Origin: the human T2T-CHM13v2.0 reference genome, Homo sapiens
Strand: one strand, 5' to 3'
Assembly: GCF_009914755.1 (NCBI RefSeq)
Contig: NC_060935.1
DNA length: 64,000 nt
Shown: positions 49,306 to 62,224 of the stretch, piece by piece
How positions within the stretch are numbered: position 1 is the stretch's first letter
How the letters are laid out: each line of letters opens with the position of its first letter
The notes under the pieces: model-generated
Told to the model about the DNA's origin: nothing
Database searches by the model: none
What the model saw: the letters and a program-made list of their open reading frames with translations, nothing else
Program-made: the position numbers and the translations under genes

Positions 49306-49767
49306 ATGCAGCCCATTTCTGCCTCTCTCCCTTGCTGTACCCCTGCTTGGCTTGGGTCCTCTACTGTTTAGACTTCTATCCATTCTGTTTCTCTTTGTCT
49401 TCAGAATCAGGAAGTTCGCTATCTTGGACTGAGCAATCCAAAAAGCAAAGGGTCCCTGATGATGTTCATTTCACACTTGGTTGCAAGAGAAGTGCCTGTC
49501 ACAAAGAAGCCTCTTCCTCACCGCAGATCCCAGAGCCCTGAACTGGAAGTCAGAAGGCCTGGGGACCGCTGACTTATCACTAATTTTGGAATTCTTACCA
49601 TCTGTCTCTCTAGATTTCCATTTCTCCTAAAAACTGGGGATAAAAAAGCCAACCTCATTGGGTTGCTGAACATTAAACAAGAACATATAGAAAAGCATTT
49701 GTGAACTTTAAAACTCTGTGCAAATGGAAAATTCATCACTATCATCATCACTATCATTTTCAGTATC

Positions 49768-50068
49768 TTTTTTTTTTTTTTTTTTTGAGATAGAGTTTTG
49801 CTCTTGTCACCCTGGCTGTAGTGCAATGGCATGATCCTGGCTCACCACAACCGCTGCCTCCCAGGTTCAAGCTATTCTCCTGCCCCAGCCTCCCGAGTAG
49901 CTGAGATTACAGGCATGTGCCACCATGCCTGGCTAATTTTGTATTTTTAGTAGAGATGGGGTTTCTTCATATTGGTCAGGCTGGTCTCGAACTCCCGACC
50001 TCAGGTGATCTGCTCACCTCGGCCTCCCAAAGTGCTGGGATTACAGGCGTGAGCCACCATGCCCGGCC
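49768..50068 (-). mobile_element. Alu (S-like)
   Basis: Reverse Alu, cattttcagtatctt TSD. Confidence 0.95.
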
Positions 50069-50084
50069 CATTTTCAGTATCTTA

Positions 50085-50490
50085 ATCACCATAATCATGG
50101 CCATCAGCAAAACCATCACTATTATCACCATCACCATCAACATTACCATCATCATGACCACCACCATCATCATCAACATGACCATCATGAACACCATGAC
50201 CACTATCAACATTACCATCATCATAACTACCATCACAACCATCAACATTACCATCATAAGGACCACCACCATCACCATCAACAGGACCATCATGAACACC
50301 ATGACCACTATCAACACTACCATCACGATAATTACCATCACAACCATCAACGTCACCATCATCATGACCACCATGATCACCATCAACATGACCATCATCA
50401 TGACCCCACCACTACCACTGACATCACCATCATTATCATCATTATCAATATCACCATAACACCATCATTATCACATCATCACCATCATTC
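50085..50490. repeat. Degenerate (CAT/CAC)n trinucleotide tract
   Basis: Period-3 low complexity with an internal duplication of about 114 bp. Confidence 0.93.
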
Positions 50491-50559
50491 TTCAACATAC
50501 ACCCAAAATGTTTAAGTGCTTCATCTCTACCTTAGATAAATCCACTTCTGTCCGTCTTC

Positions 50560-50720
50560 TGATTCTCAAACCAGAATAAACATTAGAATCCCTGGGGAAA
50601 TTAGGAGAACACACAGCTCTGGTCCCTGCCCCCAAGAGTTTCTGATCCAGTGGGACTGGGGTGAATCCTGAGAATCTGCCTTTCTCTCAAGTTCCTAGGT
50701 CTTCTGATGCTGTCTGTCCA
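50560..50720. mobile_element. MER5A-like
   Basis: cattagaatccctggggaa...cctgagaatctgcctttct. Confidence 0.7.
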
Positions 50721-51878
50721 GTATTTTAAATCATTAAGCAAGGGTCGGCCAGATGAACTCCAATAATCCCAAGACTTCTTAGAAAAACCTGCCTTTGCAG
50801 CACAGTTGTACATCATCAGCACTTTCCAGATGAACATACTTGATCCCTTTTCAGTGGTGCAGCCAGCCATCATTTCTCCCACAAACTCAATATTAAATGA
50901 TTCATTTTTCATAATTGGGAGGGGAAGAACAACTGTGAATGAAAAATAAAAGCTGGGGATGTTTTATGGGCAAAGATCCACAGAGTGAATCCCGTCTCTT
51001 TGTATTAATAAAACACAAGGCAGAAAGATAAGGAGGAGGAAGCTGGCTCCTGACAGGCACTGCCAGGGCCCATTCTGGGCACATAGATTGGCAGAGACCT
51101 CATTCCGCCAGTTACCTGGGCAACGTCTACAGCATACAGAGTCTGATCAGTTCAGGGACAGTGAGTATCACTTTCTTTTGGAATCATTTGTGGCACTGAT
51201 TGATTGTCCTTAGCAAAATAGAGACAGATGGCACAGGGTTGGTGCTGGTGCAGTTTCGCTGCTGTGAGGGCGTACTAAGCATCCTGCCAGGTCTCACGTA
51301 ATAAGGGTATCCCCATCCCAGGTGGTCACTGCACCAGTGGTGACAGGGCTGTAATGGGGACTGACAGGGAGGGGGCAGGCCACCCAAACTGACCTTTCAT
51401 CCGGGTGCCATGGAAGACTCACTTCCCTGGAGTGCCGTGTGGCCGTTGTAAGTCACCGCCCAGGAGAGTCAGAAATGGCTTTTGTATTACCCAAGTGTTT
51501 GCCTTGAGTCAACGGGTATTAGCAGCTGTTTTCTGAGCAATGTAAGCAACTATGTGACTTTTTAAAATAAAGGACCAAAGAAATATATTATTTAATGCCC
51601 CAAAAAATAATGTTTAATCCAAGCCCACGAACGCACAGCTAACCCCAAAGGGGCAGACGCAGTCACACCATGAAATCAAAGAAACTCACACCCTCCTCAT
51701 ATTCATCACTGGAAAGAGGACATTTTCTTGGAGTGTAACTGCAATCTCTATAGACCCATCAGCAAACCAGAGACTCATTTCAACAATCTACTTTATATTA
51801 GATATTTGCAAACTGCCAGATTTAAGACTAAAATCCAGGCTCACCATGATTGAAGAGTTACATAAACTCCCTAATGGC

Positions 51879-52253
51879 TGATACGGTTTGGCTGTGTCCC
51901 TACCCAAATCTCATCTTGAATTGTAGTTCCCATAATCCCCACGTGTCATGGGAGGGACCCAGTGGGAGGTAATTGAATCATGGGGGTAGTTACCCCCATG
52001 CTGCTGTTCTCATGATAGCGAGTGAGTTCTCATGAGATCTGGTTTAAAAAAGGGCTTCTCCCCCTTTTGCTCGGCACTTCCCCTTAATGCCACCATGTGA
52101 AGAAGGATGTGTCTGCTTCCCCTTCCACCATGATTATAAGTTTCCTGAGGCCTCCCGAGTCATGCTGAATTGTGAGTCAATTAAACCTGTTTCCTTTATA
52201 AACTACCCAGTGTCGGGTATGCCTTCATTAACAGCATGAGAACGGTTATAATA
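51879..52253 (+). mobile_element. THE1 (D-like) solo LTR
   Basis: tgatacggtttggctgtgtcc...gtcaattaaacctgtttcctttataaactacccag. Confidence 0.9.
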
Positions 52254-52599
52254 GTGGTTATGAAACATCTGGGCCCCGTTGTTGGGCTGAACTTATTCAT
52301 TTTCAACAAAACAAGCCTGTATATATTAGGAATGTCTAAGAAGAGTATTAGTAAAATCATTCGTGGAAGCCAATTCTAAACTAAAGTCCTCTCTCAGTGC
52401 AATAAGATAAACAAATCATTTCCAAATGAGGAGAATCATGGAAATGTCAATTTTCAGTTCAAGTGGATCTGACTGTGTATAACATCAAAAAGCATTTCTA
52501 TAACTCGTTTAGCTAAAAAAAAAAAAATACAAGCATTTAGCTTAAAGGATTTTATTTTCACCCTAAATGGTTCTCTGGACAACTGCATCAAACGTAGAT

Positions 52600-53025
52600 G
52601 AGTTCCATATCTGTGCAACAGAATATTACCCAGCCATGAAAAGGAGTGAAGCACAGGCGCAGGCTACAATGCAGGCGACCCTCAGCAACATGATGCTGAG
52701 TGACAGAAGCCAGACACAAAATCTCATCTATTATATGATCTCATTCATTTCACATGTTCAGAATAGGCAAATTCATGGAGATGCAAAGTCATGAGTGGTT
52801 TTCTAGGGGCTGGGGGAGGGGGAGGGGGAGTGGGGAGTGGCTGGTTAGTGGGTACAGGGTTTCCTTTTGGGAAAGGAAAGTTCCCAAAGCTAAGTTCTTA
52901 GCTAGACAATGGGGATGGTTTTGCACAGCATCATGAATATTCTTAATGCCACCAAAGTGTACACTTTAAAATGGTTCAAATGTTAAATGTGATGCTATAT
53001 GTATTTTGCCACAATTTTTAAAAAA
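52600..53025 (+). mobile_element. L1M 3' end
   Basis: atgctgagtgacagaagccagacacaaaa...tattttgccacaatt. Confidence 0.8.
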
Positions 53026-53515
53026 GTTTAGGACCTGGGCTTGTGCATTACACCACAGAACACCCTGGCCCATGATTGGCTGGGGTTGTTCTCCCTCCAC
53101 TCTGGGACAGCGGACCCCATGGGGGTGCCAATGGAAGGCAAGCCCCCTCCTGTGTGATCCTCAGGAAGCTTGTCCCACTGGATGGAGGGGCGGCAGAGCC
53201 AGCATCTCCCAACAGCTGCACAGTTGGAAGCACTTACGTCTTTGCTGCCTTTCCGGCGCTGACTGCTGCATGCATTTCCACATTATTTGTGCCATTTGCT
53301 CTAATAGGAAGGAGCCAGTGTGAGCAAGCACACTGAGACGGGGCAGCAGCTTTGCACTAAGAGAGGGAGGCACCTAGAGCAGCCTCCGAATAAGAAAACA
53401 TCCGCAACAAAACGAGCCGACCTCATGTCACACATACAAACACGACCGTGGAGACGCAGAGCCATCACCCACTGTGATCCACACACATCCTTCCTGATGC
53501 TGAGATCTCTTTTAC

Positions 53516-53593
53516 CTGAAATGGAGTCTGGCTGTTGTAGTTTTTTAACTCCTTATTTCCGCCTCGAAACAGAAGCACTCTTGCACAGCTGTC
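53516..53593 (-). CDS. SHANK2: SHANK2 internal coding exon (ankyrin-repeat region), 78 nt, phase 0/0
   Basis: Minus strand ccttttctatttgcag|GACAGCTGT...CCATTTCAG|gtaaaa; translates DSCARVLLFRGGNKELKNYNSQTPFQ, the SHANK2 ankyrin segment as I recall it (SHANK3 has RGANRDVRNYNSQTAFQ). Confidence 0.95.
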
Positions 53594-54081
53594 CTGCAAA
53601 TAGAAAAGGAGAAACCTGTTTGTAAAATGGTAGCACAGACATTCTCCAAAGAAATCTGTCCAGAGTCTCAAGCTCACGGGAAACCAGGGAAACAGAAGTG
53701 CACAGTTAAAAGGGAAAGCATGTTGCTTTCATCTGGCTCCTGTATGCTGTCAGGTGAGGCTCACCTGCTGCCAACTATGGCCAAACAATTTCACTTTTTA
53801 AGACTATATCCTATAGAAAGTCTTACACATGTATATAAAATATACAATAAATATCTTCAGTAAAATACAGAAAGGAAGAAAGAAGAAAGAAAAGAAAAGA
53901 AGAAAAGAAAAGAAAATCTGGAGCTAGCATACATGTTCTAAAATAGGGGAGAGTGGGGATATATTCTAGAACATTCTTCACCTAGGCAGTCTCAGGACAA
54001 AACAAGGCAGATGACTATGAACTGAGAAAAACATATCCAGGAACTTCTAAATAAAAAAGGCAAGTCCCAAAACAATAATAT

Positions 54082-55224
54082 TGGCCATGCGCAGTAGCTC
54101 ACACCTGTAATCCCAACACTTTGGGAGGTCGAGGTGGGCCAATCACCTGAGGTCAGGAGCTTGAGACCAGCCTGACCAACATGGTGAAACCCCATCTCTA
54201 CAAAAATACAAAAATTAGCCGGGCATGGAGGCATGCGCCTGTAATCCCAGCTACTCAGGAGGCTGAGGCAGGAGAATCACTTGAACCCAGGAGGCGGAGG
54301 TTGCAGTGAGCCGAGATCGCACCCACTGCCCTCCAGCCTGGGCAACAAGGGTAAGACTCCATCTCAAAACAAAAAACAAACAAACAAAAAAAACAAAACC
54401 CCCAATAATATTGTTTAAGTTCATTTACATTTTAAAGGCTTAAAGAGAAACTAATAAAGGCTTAAAGTCTATATTATAGAAAAGCAGGGACTATGTCTGG
54501 AAGGATATGCACCAGTTAACGGTATTTACTTTCATGGAAAGGAAAAGGATTAGGGAGAGAACAGAAGGAATCTTTTTACACTTTATTTTTATTTTTTGAG
54601 ACACAGTCTTGCTCTGTTGCCGAGGCTAGAGTGCAGTGGTGCAATCTTGGCTCGCTGCAACCTTCATCTCTTGGGCTCAGGCAATTCTCCCCACCTCAGC
54701 CTCCTGAGTAGCTGGGACAACAAGCATGTGCCACCATGCCCAGCTAATTTTTTTTTTTTGGAGAGCCAGGGTCTCACTATATTGCCCAGGCTAGTCTCGA
54801 ACTCCTGGGCTCAAGTGATCTGCAGGCCTCTACCTCCCAAAATGCTGGGATTATAGGCGTGAACCACCATGCCTGACCAGAGATTCTTTTTTTTTTAATA
54901 TGTGGGCTTATATTATTTAATGTTGTTAAAAGCAAGCAAAACGGTTTTTTTTTTTTTTTTTGAGACAGGGTCTCAGTCTGTCACCCAGGCTAGAGTGCAG
55001 CGGTGCGATCACAGCTCACAGCAGCCTCGACCTCCCACCTCAACCTCCTGAGTACCTGGGACTATAGGGATGCGCCACCATGCCCAGCTAATTTTTGTAT
55101 TTTTTTGTAGAGACGAGGTCCCCCGTGTTGTCTAGGCTGGTCTCAAACTCCTGGGCTCAAGTGATCTGCCTGCCTCAGCCTCCCGAAGTGCTGGGATTAC
55201 AGGCGTGAGCCACTGCACCCAGCC
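54082..55224. mobile_element. Alu cluster: + (54082-54400), - (54582-54878), - (54946-55224)
   Basis: Alu consensus in both orientations. Confidence 0.93.
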
Positions 55225-55333
55225 TCTTATGCATTTTCATAACAAAAATGAATCTGCATCCATCCATTGATTGGGCAGCTACCATTTGCCCGTGAAGCTG
55301 ATGGAGAACTTCTCGCCAACCCCTCTGAAGCTC

Positions 55334-55494
55334 CCAGTGAGGACTGCAGCAGCAAATAACTACTAATAAAAAGGCAGTGGTAGAATGTTGACGTAGCCAA
55401 TAAAAGGCAGCAGCAGAATGTTGATGTAACCAGTGGGGACTGCAGCGGCAAATAACTACTAATAAAAAGGCAGCAGTAGAATACTGATGTAGCC
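55334..55494. repeat. Local imperfect tandem duplication (about 96-bp period with a nested repeat of about 32 bp)
   Basis: ggactgcagcrgcaaataactactaataaaaaggcag twice; aataaaaggcagc.g.agaat three times. Confidence 0.85.
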
Positions 55495-55961
55495 GTACCG
55501 ACTATTAGAATAATTTTGCCTAGCAAATGCAGTTGGCTGTTTAGAATAAGCAAACTCTGTTTTTGGAAGTGCATTTAAATGATCAGGGGCTGGGCTGGTG
55601 CTTGTGCCTCGGCAGCAGGGGCCTGACACCGGGCTGGGGGCACCTTCTCCTACAGGACTCCGGGCCTCAGCGCAGGTCACAGCCGAAGCCTGTACTGGGC
55701 AGATCCTGGGAATTCCATCCTTACCTACAGTCTAGTGTACAGACAACAGGTGTGACCACCTGGACTCAACACTGCACAAATATACACCGAATAAAGGGGT
55801 AAGTGGATTAAATGACCAGGGCTTCCCACTCACGACAGGTCAGAGACCCCAGCCCGGGCCCCGGGGGAACCCCATCCCTGGGAACAGCAAGATGCCAAGC
55901 TGAGTGGACACTGCACAGGCGGTGGGACCTGGCAGATCAGCAGATTTGAAAGAGAGCTGAT

Positions 55962-56335
<374 letters not shown>

Positions 56336-57133
56336 TCAGTCTGGGTGAAAAAAAATGTTCTAAGGTTGACGGTTGTGATGGTTGTTGGTGGTGATGGTCG
56401 ATGGTGGTGATGGTTGACGGTGGTGATGGTTGATGGTGGTGATGGCTGCACAACTCTGTGGACAGACCAGCGATCATGGAGCTGTACACTTTAGATGGGT
56501 GAACTGTATGGTGTGTGAATTGCATCTCAATAGAGGGTCACATACATATTTAAGAAGACAGACAGCAGGAAGGCAGGCCACCCTGGCAGAGAGTCTTCAT
56601 CCCTGGCTGGGTGGGTCGGGCAGGCCAGGAGCACACTGAGCTCTCAGGATCCGGCTGATTTCAGGGTGGGGAGCCCACCAGGCCTCCACCCCATGATGGT
56701 GATTATTAATGAGGGAACCACACCCTCTCCGGCAGCTAAGAGTGTGGGCTGCGCTCACTTGGGAGACACAGGTGGGCGGATCTGAGTTGGGTAGTAAAGG
56801 CCGCCCCGTCTCTGCGTTCTCCAGCATCCTGGGGCCTCGGTGACTGTGGCCAGCTTTGTTCATCGACTGTGTAAAAAGCCACCTGCATGCTTGGGGGTGC
56901 ACTCTGCCTCAAGCCCCACTGAGGCCGCCTCTGTACAGAGTGGGGGGCTCTGGCCACAGATGCCAATGAGTCAGGCATGTGGAAGTGAGTGTGGACCGCT
57001 CCACAGACCGTGCTGAGTGTTCTGTCCCACTGCCCTACAGGAAGGTCAGGTTGGTTAGAGGGGGATCCCCAGAGCCCCTGCACCCCGATTCCAATTAGAA
57101 GCAAAACCACCATGGTTTCCCCACCCTCTGACA

Positions 57134-57345
57134 CAGTGGTTCTCAACCGGGGGTAATTTTGCCTTCACGGAAACATCCGGCAATGTCTGGAGACATTTTT
57201 GGCTGTCACAACTGTGAGTGCTACTGGCACTTACTGGGTTAAGGCCAGGGATGTTGTGAGGCATCCTGCAATTAATAGGACAGCCCCCCATGGCAAAAAA
57301 CCATCCAGCCCCAAACCTCAATAAAGCTGAGGTCAACAACCCCTG
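57134..57345. mobile_element. MER20
   Basis: cagtggttctcaaccggggg...ggcaatgtctggagacatttttggctgtcacaac. Confidence 0.85.
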
Positions 57346-58178
57346 TCTTCATGGCTCCAAATGTTACTGATGATGGATATGAGTCGTGAAGAGCTGCATC
57401 CCTAGAACGGTCTCAGAACAACACGGACTGTATGAATCACATGCCACTCCCCAAGCCCACTGGCCCCTGGCCCCAGCCGGTCAGGCCTCAAGGGGGGACG
57501 CCAAGCCCTATGCTATTCAGGGTCTCGTCCCTGGAACGTGTCCTCAGACTCAGGGACAGCCCAGCAGGTTTCACAGAAGATGTTCACCCACTCCTGGGGA
57601 GCAGGAAGGCAGAGGCGGCTTCTGTCACCTCTCACTATGAGGACCATGCATGTCAGCAGGGGAGGGACAGATGCCCATGGAGCTGTCAGCCTGAGGCCCA
57701 CAGGGCAGTGGTGAAAGGAGAGCTGGCAAAGCCACGTGTGAGGCTCGAACAACACTGCAGATGGAGGCTGAGCTGAGAAAAAGCAAACACAAGGAAACGA
57801 GCTGCTAGAAGCCCATGGTGTTTCAAAACAACGTGTGAGTCTGCAAGAGCATGCAGCAGCCGATATAGGGTGACGCTCCGCACAGGGTTTCAGGGTGGGA
57901 AACCCCTGGAAAAAGCACAAATGTGGATTCCAGTTTTTACGCTGAGATTTCCATACTCTACTAATTATTGCCATAAATATATGTTGCTTTGAGTACAGGA
58001 AAAAATATGTAAGGGAATTTTCAGACATAACTATGTTCAGCAAACGAATCTTTCATTTCTGGGGTACAATTAAATCCAGAGTTTCAAAAACAGAAAGCCC
58101 TGGCGTCAGTTCTGCTGTGCCCAGGGTCCACACTGTGGGAGGTGCAGGTCAAGACTGCAGGCCTGCTTACTTCATTTT

Positions 58179-58345
58179 AGGGTTGCAAACTACGGCCCTT
58201 GGGCCTAATCCTGCACATCTAATTTTGTAAATAAAGTTTTACTGGGATGCGACCACATCTACTCACCTGCATATTTTCTGTGGCTGCAAAGCCTGAGGTA
58301 TTTACTCTCTGGGTCTTTACAGAAAAAAGGGTACCCAGCCCAATT
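58179..58345. mobile_element. MER58-like
   Basis: ggttgcaaactacggccc...ttttgtaaataaagttttactgg. Confidence 0.7.
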
Positions 58346-58992
58346 TTAATAAAGCAGTCCTGCACCTCCCTAACGTGGTCACACATTCACAGAAATGACC
58401 ACGCTGGCAGGATGCCCTAACAGTGGACATATTAACAACGGTCTTCAGGCCCCACTTAGGCTGATGACAGGGAGTGCAGGGTGATAACCAGCTTCAGCAC
58501 TGAGAGAGCGGTTCTGCCTCTTGTCTTCTGAGCCTCAGTTTCCTCCTTTTTAAAGTGGGGATACCGGGCTTAGTGGCAGCAGAATGAGCTTAGTGCACTG
58601 TCAATGACACAGGTGGGGGTCTCCTTCCACCCCCAGCAATGCCCTTTCCCTGGAAAGTAACCCCTGATCCCCAGGAGAGGGGCCCACTCATATTAGTACA
58701 GCCCCTCCAAGTCCCAGGCACATGGGCCCATCGGGGTGTCACCGGGAACCTGGGAATGGTGAGTTTCTGCAGGTGACCGGCATTTCAAGAGATGCACAGA
58801 ATGCAGCCTTCTCCACCAGGATGAGACAGAGTGTGGAGAGCACTGGGCAGGTCCCTGGCTTTTCCAGTCCCGACCTAGCCCTTCCCCCGCTCTGCCCCAG
58901 CTGCAGGACTTGCCCTGTGTCCTGATCATGAGCCCAAAATTTCCCGTCAAATCACCCCCAGTGGGATCCTGTTATTTCCAACTCCAAAAAGT

Positions 58993-59285
58993 CTTTCTTT
59001 CTTTTTTTTTTTTTTTTTTTTTTCTTGAGACAGGGTCTTGCTCTGGTGCAATCTCGGCTCACTGCAACCTCTACCTCCCAGGCCCAAGCGATCCTCCACC
59101 GCAGCCTCTCAAGTAGCTAGGATTACAGGCGCACGCCACCATGCCGGGCTAATTTTTGTATTTTCTGTAGAGACAGGGTTTCACCATGTTGCCCAGGCTG
59201 GTCTCCATCTCCTGGGCTCAAGCAATCTGTCCACCGTGGCCTCTCAAAATACTGAGATGACAGGTGTGAGCCACTGCACCCAGCC
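58993..59285 (-). mobile_element. AluJ-like
   Basis: Reverse Alu. Confidence 0.92.
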
Positions 59286-59742
59286 CAAGGTCTTTATCAA
59301 AATCACAGTATTATCAGGTTATGGTGAGCAAAAAGTTTGTTTTTTGCTTTGGTAAGAGAGAAAACGAAGAGGAGGCGGAGAGACCACAGGGCCAGGAGAA
59401 TGGGATGATGGCTCTCAGCCAGTTCCCATCTGGGGCCTGGTGGGGTCAGCAAAGGGAGAAGAGGGCAGCAAGAGAGGAGGGACCTCATGGGGGTAGGCAT
59501 CAGTGGGGACATGAAAGCTGGCCCCTGGGGGTCTTGCTCACCCATTTGCTCTGGGCTGTAACTGCACCCTGGCCCAGTGGCCTAGAAGAATCACCCAGCA
59601 CCAGCAAAACCCAGATGGCTGAGAGTGGCCTGGCGAATTGGAATACAGAATATGAGAGCCCTGCTCAGGGAGGAGCCTGGGACACTCTTCCCCATCTCCT
59701 CTTATTTCTCAGTAAGAACTTTTTCTGAAAATTCCCTATTAT

Positions 59743-60247
<505 letters not shown>

Positions 60248-60943
60248 TTAGGATCCAAGAAAAATCCTCCACTACCTCCAGTCACTCAATGACTTTGACG
60301 GAGTCAATATCATACCTCCGACCCATTACCACGTGTTTCCCAGACGTCAAAAAGAGCTCAGGTTCCAGTTAGTTATTTTGAAATTCAAGGGTACATGGTT
60401 CACTTGGCTTAATAACAATGATACCTCCATGTATGTATGCATATCACACATGTGTCTGTGTACACGTGTGTGAACATGTGTGTTTGCAGTTCAAAATGCC
60501 CATCTACCCGCTCCTTCTGGTTTAACTCTCAAGGTATGGGAGAACTCTCTGCCAGGGAGAACAGGAGGCCCATTTTACAGAGAAGGTTAATGTGAAAAAC
60601 TGCAACAACTTGCGGCTTCAGAAAGGAGGAGAAAGGAAAAACTGTGATCCAGGAGGTGCTGGTGGGAGCTTTTGGCTCCCTTGCGAGGCTGCTGGCTGCC
60701 CTGGATTCCTTTCAGAGGTGTATCTTATCTGACAGGTCTTTATCCTTTTAAATAATTCAGTGAAGTATAAATATAGAAGCAATTGGAATGCTTTTTGAAG
60801 ACCCGAGCATCAAGAAGAATATCATTTTCACTGCCACTTTTTCTCTTGGCATGAATTTTCCGAGACACTTCCCTTAATAAATGTACCTCCCCACGAAGGA
60901 GCGTTCCTGGGGCTCGCACTGTGCCCGCTGAGAACACAGTGTG

Positions 60944-61126
60944 CCTGCAGTTCCCATCAGCTGCTGGACCCCCAGACCCCATCATTTCCATTTACAGATG
61001 AAGACCTGCAGTTCCCACCAGCTGCTGGACCCCCAGACCCCATCATTTCCATTTACATATGAAGACCTGCAGTTCCCACTGGCTGCTGGATTCCCCAGAC
61101 CCCATCATTTCCATTTACAGATGAAG
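60944..61126. repeat. 61-bp unit in three tandem copies
   Basis: cctgcagttccca..gctgctggacccccagaccccatcatttccatttacagatgaaga at 60944, 61005, 61066. Confidence 0.92.
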
Positions 61127-62224
61127 AGACAGACAGAGAAAGCCACTCATCGATGCATGCAGTGAGTCCTCATGGAGCTGCCAGGTACTGTCCTAGTCCC
61201 TGGGGACACAGATGCAAACCAGAAAGTCAAGGTCTCTGCCAGGCTTGGGCTGGAGAGGGGGCACAGAAAACAACCACACAACGTCAGGACGGGTGGGTCT
61301 GATGCAGACAGTGGAGAGGATGCGGCTGGCTGGGCAAGCTGAGTCCTGGGATGGGAGGAGAGAGAGCCTGGGGACAGCTGGGCGGAGGCAGAGGCCACCC
61401 CAGCAGAGCACCAAGAACCGAAGTAGAAACCGGCAAGGGGCCGGGAGGCAGGAAGGCAGTGGTGGGGCCAGGCAGCAGCAAGCTGGGATGAGCTGGGCTG
61501 GATAGGAGAGAAGGGCACAGGACACAAGCCCTGGGTTATGCAAAGGGGGTTCTCAGCAGGGGAGGGATGAAGAACTTGGGTGACAGAAAGTGGATTTGAG
61601 GGAAGACAGACTGGAAGGAAAGAGGCTGGATGGTGAATACATAGTCCCAGGGAGAGACAGCAGGGCCCCAGGCAAGGGTGAGAAGGGTGGTGGGGACAAG
61701 AGGGGTGGAGGGGACAAGAGGGGTAGACGGGCCCAGAGAGGGTGGAGAGGGAATGGACAAGTCCCGGGATGAGAGGGACGGTGAGAAACAGGAGGTGGCC
61801 AGGTTTCGGGCCTGAGCTCCAGGGGAAGGGCGTTATTTACAGAGTGGGGAGCAGCTGCCACACTGGAGTCTCCTAAGAGGTCGGCACGTGGGGCCATTGG
61901 CAAGGAGCAGACATCACTGCCAGAGCTCAGGGCAGAAGTGAGCTGGGAGACTCCGACTGGGGACTCTTGGGGTTTTCTAGAAGGCGCACAAGGACACAGA
62001 CAGGCCCGCCGGAGGTCACCTCGGGAGTCACTGCAGGAGGGAATCTGGGTAACAGGAGCGTGCAGTGCAGACGCCGAGAGATGCCACAGAAACGTTGAGC
62101 TGGATGGGGACAGAGACGGGACCTTGGAAGTGCCATGTGGGTGTGACTGGGTTTGAGCAAGCAGGGGTGAAAGTCTGACCACACTGTGTCAGTGAGACAA
62201 CAGCCATGAGAAGGTGGAAGCCAC

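Noticed and set aside
49917-50459. Thr/Ile-rich and Met/Val-rich ORFs
   Set aside because: Translation of an Alu plus (CAT/CAC)n low-complexity DNA
52454-52512. AKRVIEMLFDVIHSQIHLN* as a terminal coding exon
   Set aside because: Needs a phase-1 donor; the SHANK2 donor is phase 0 and gives LNEL* instead
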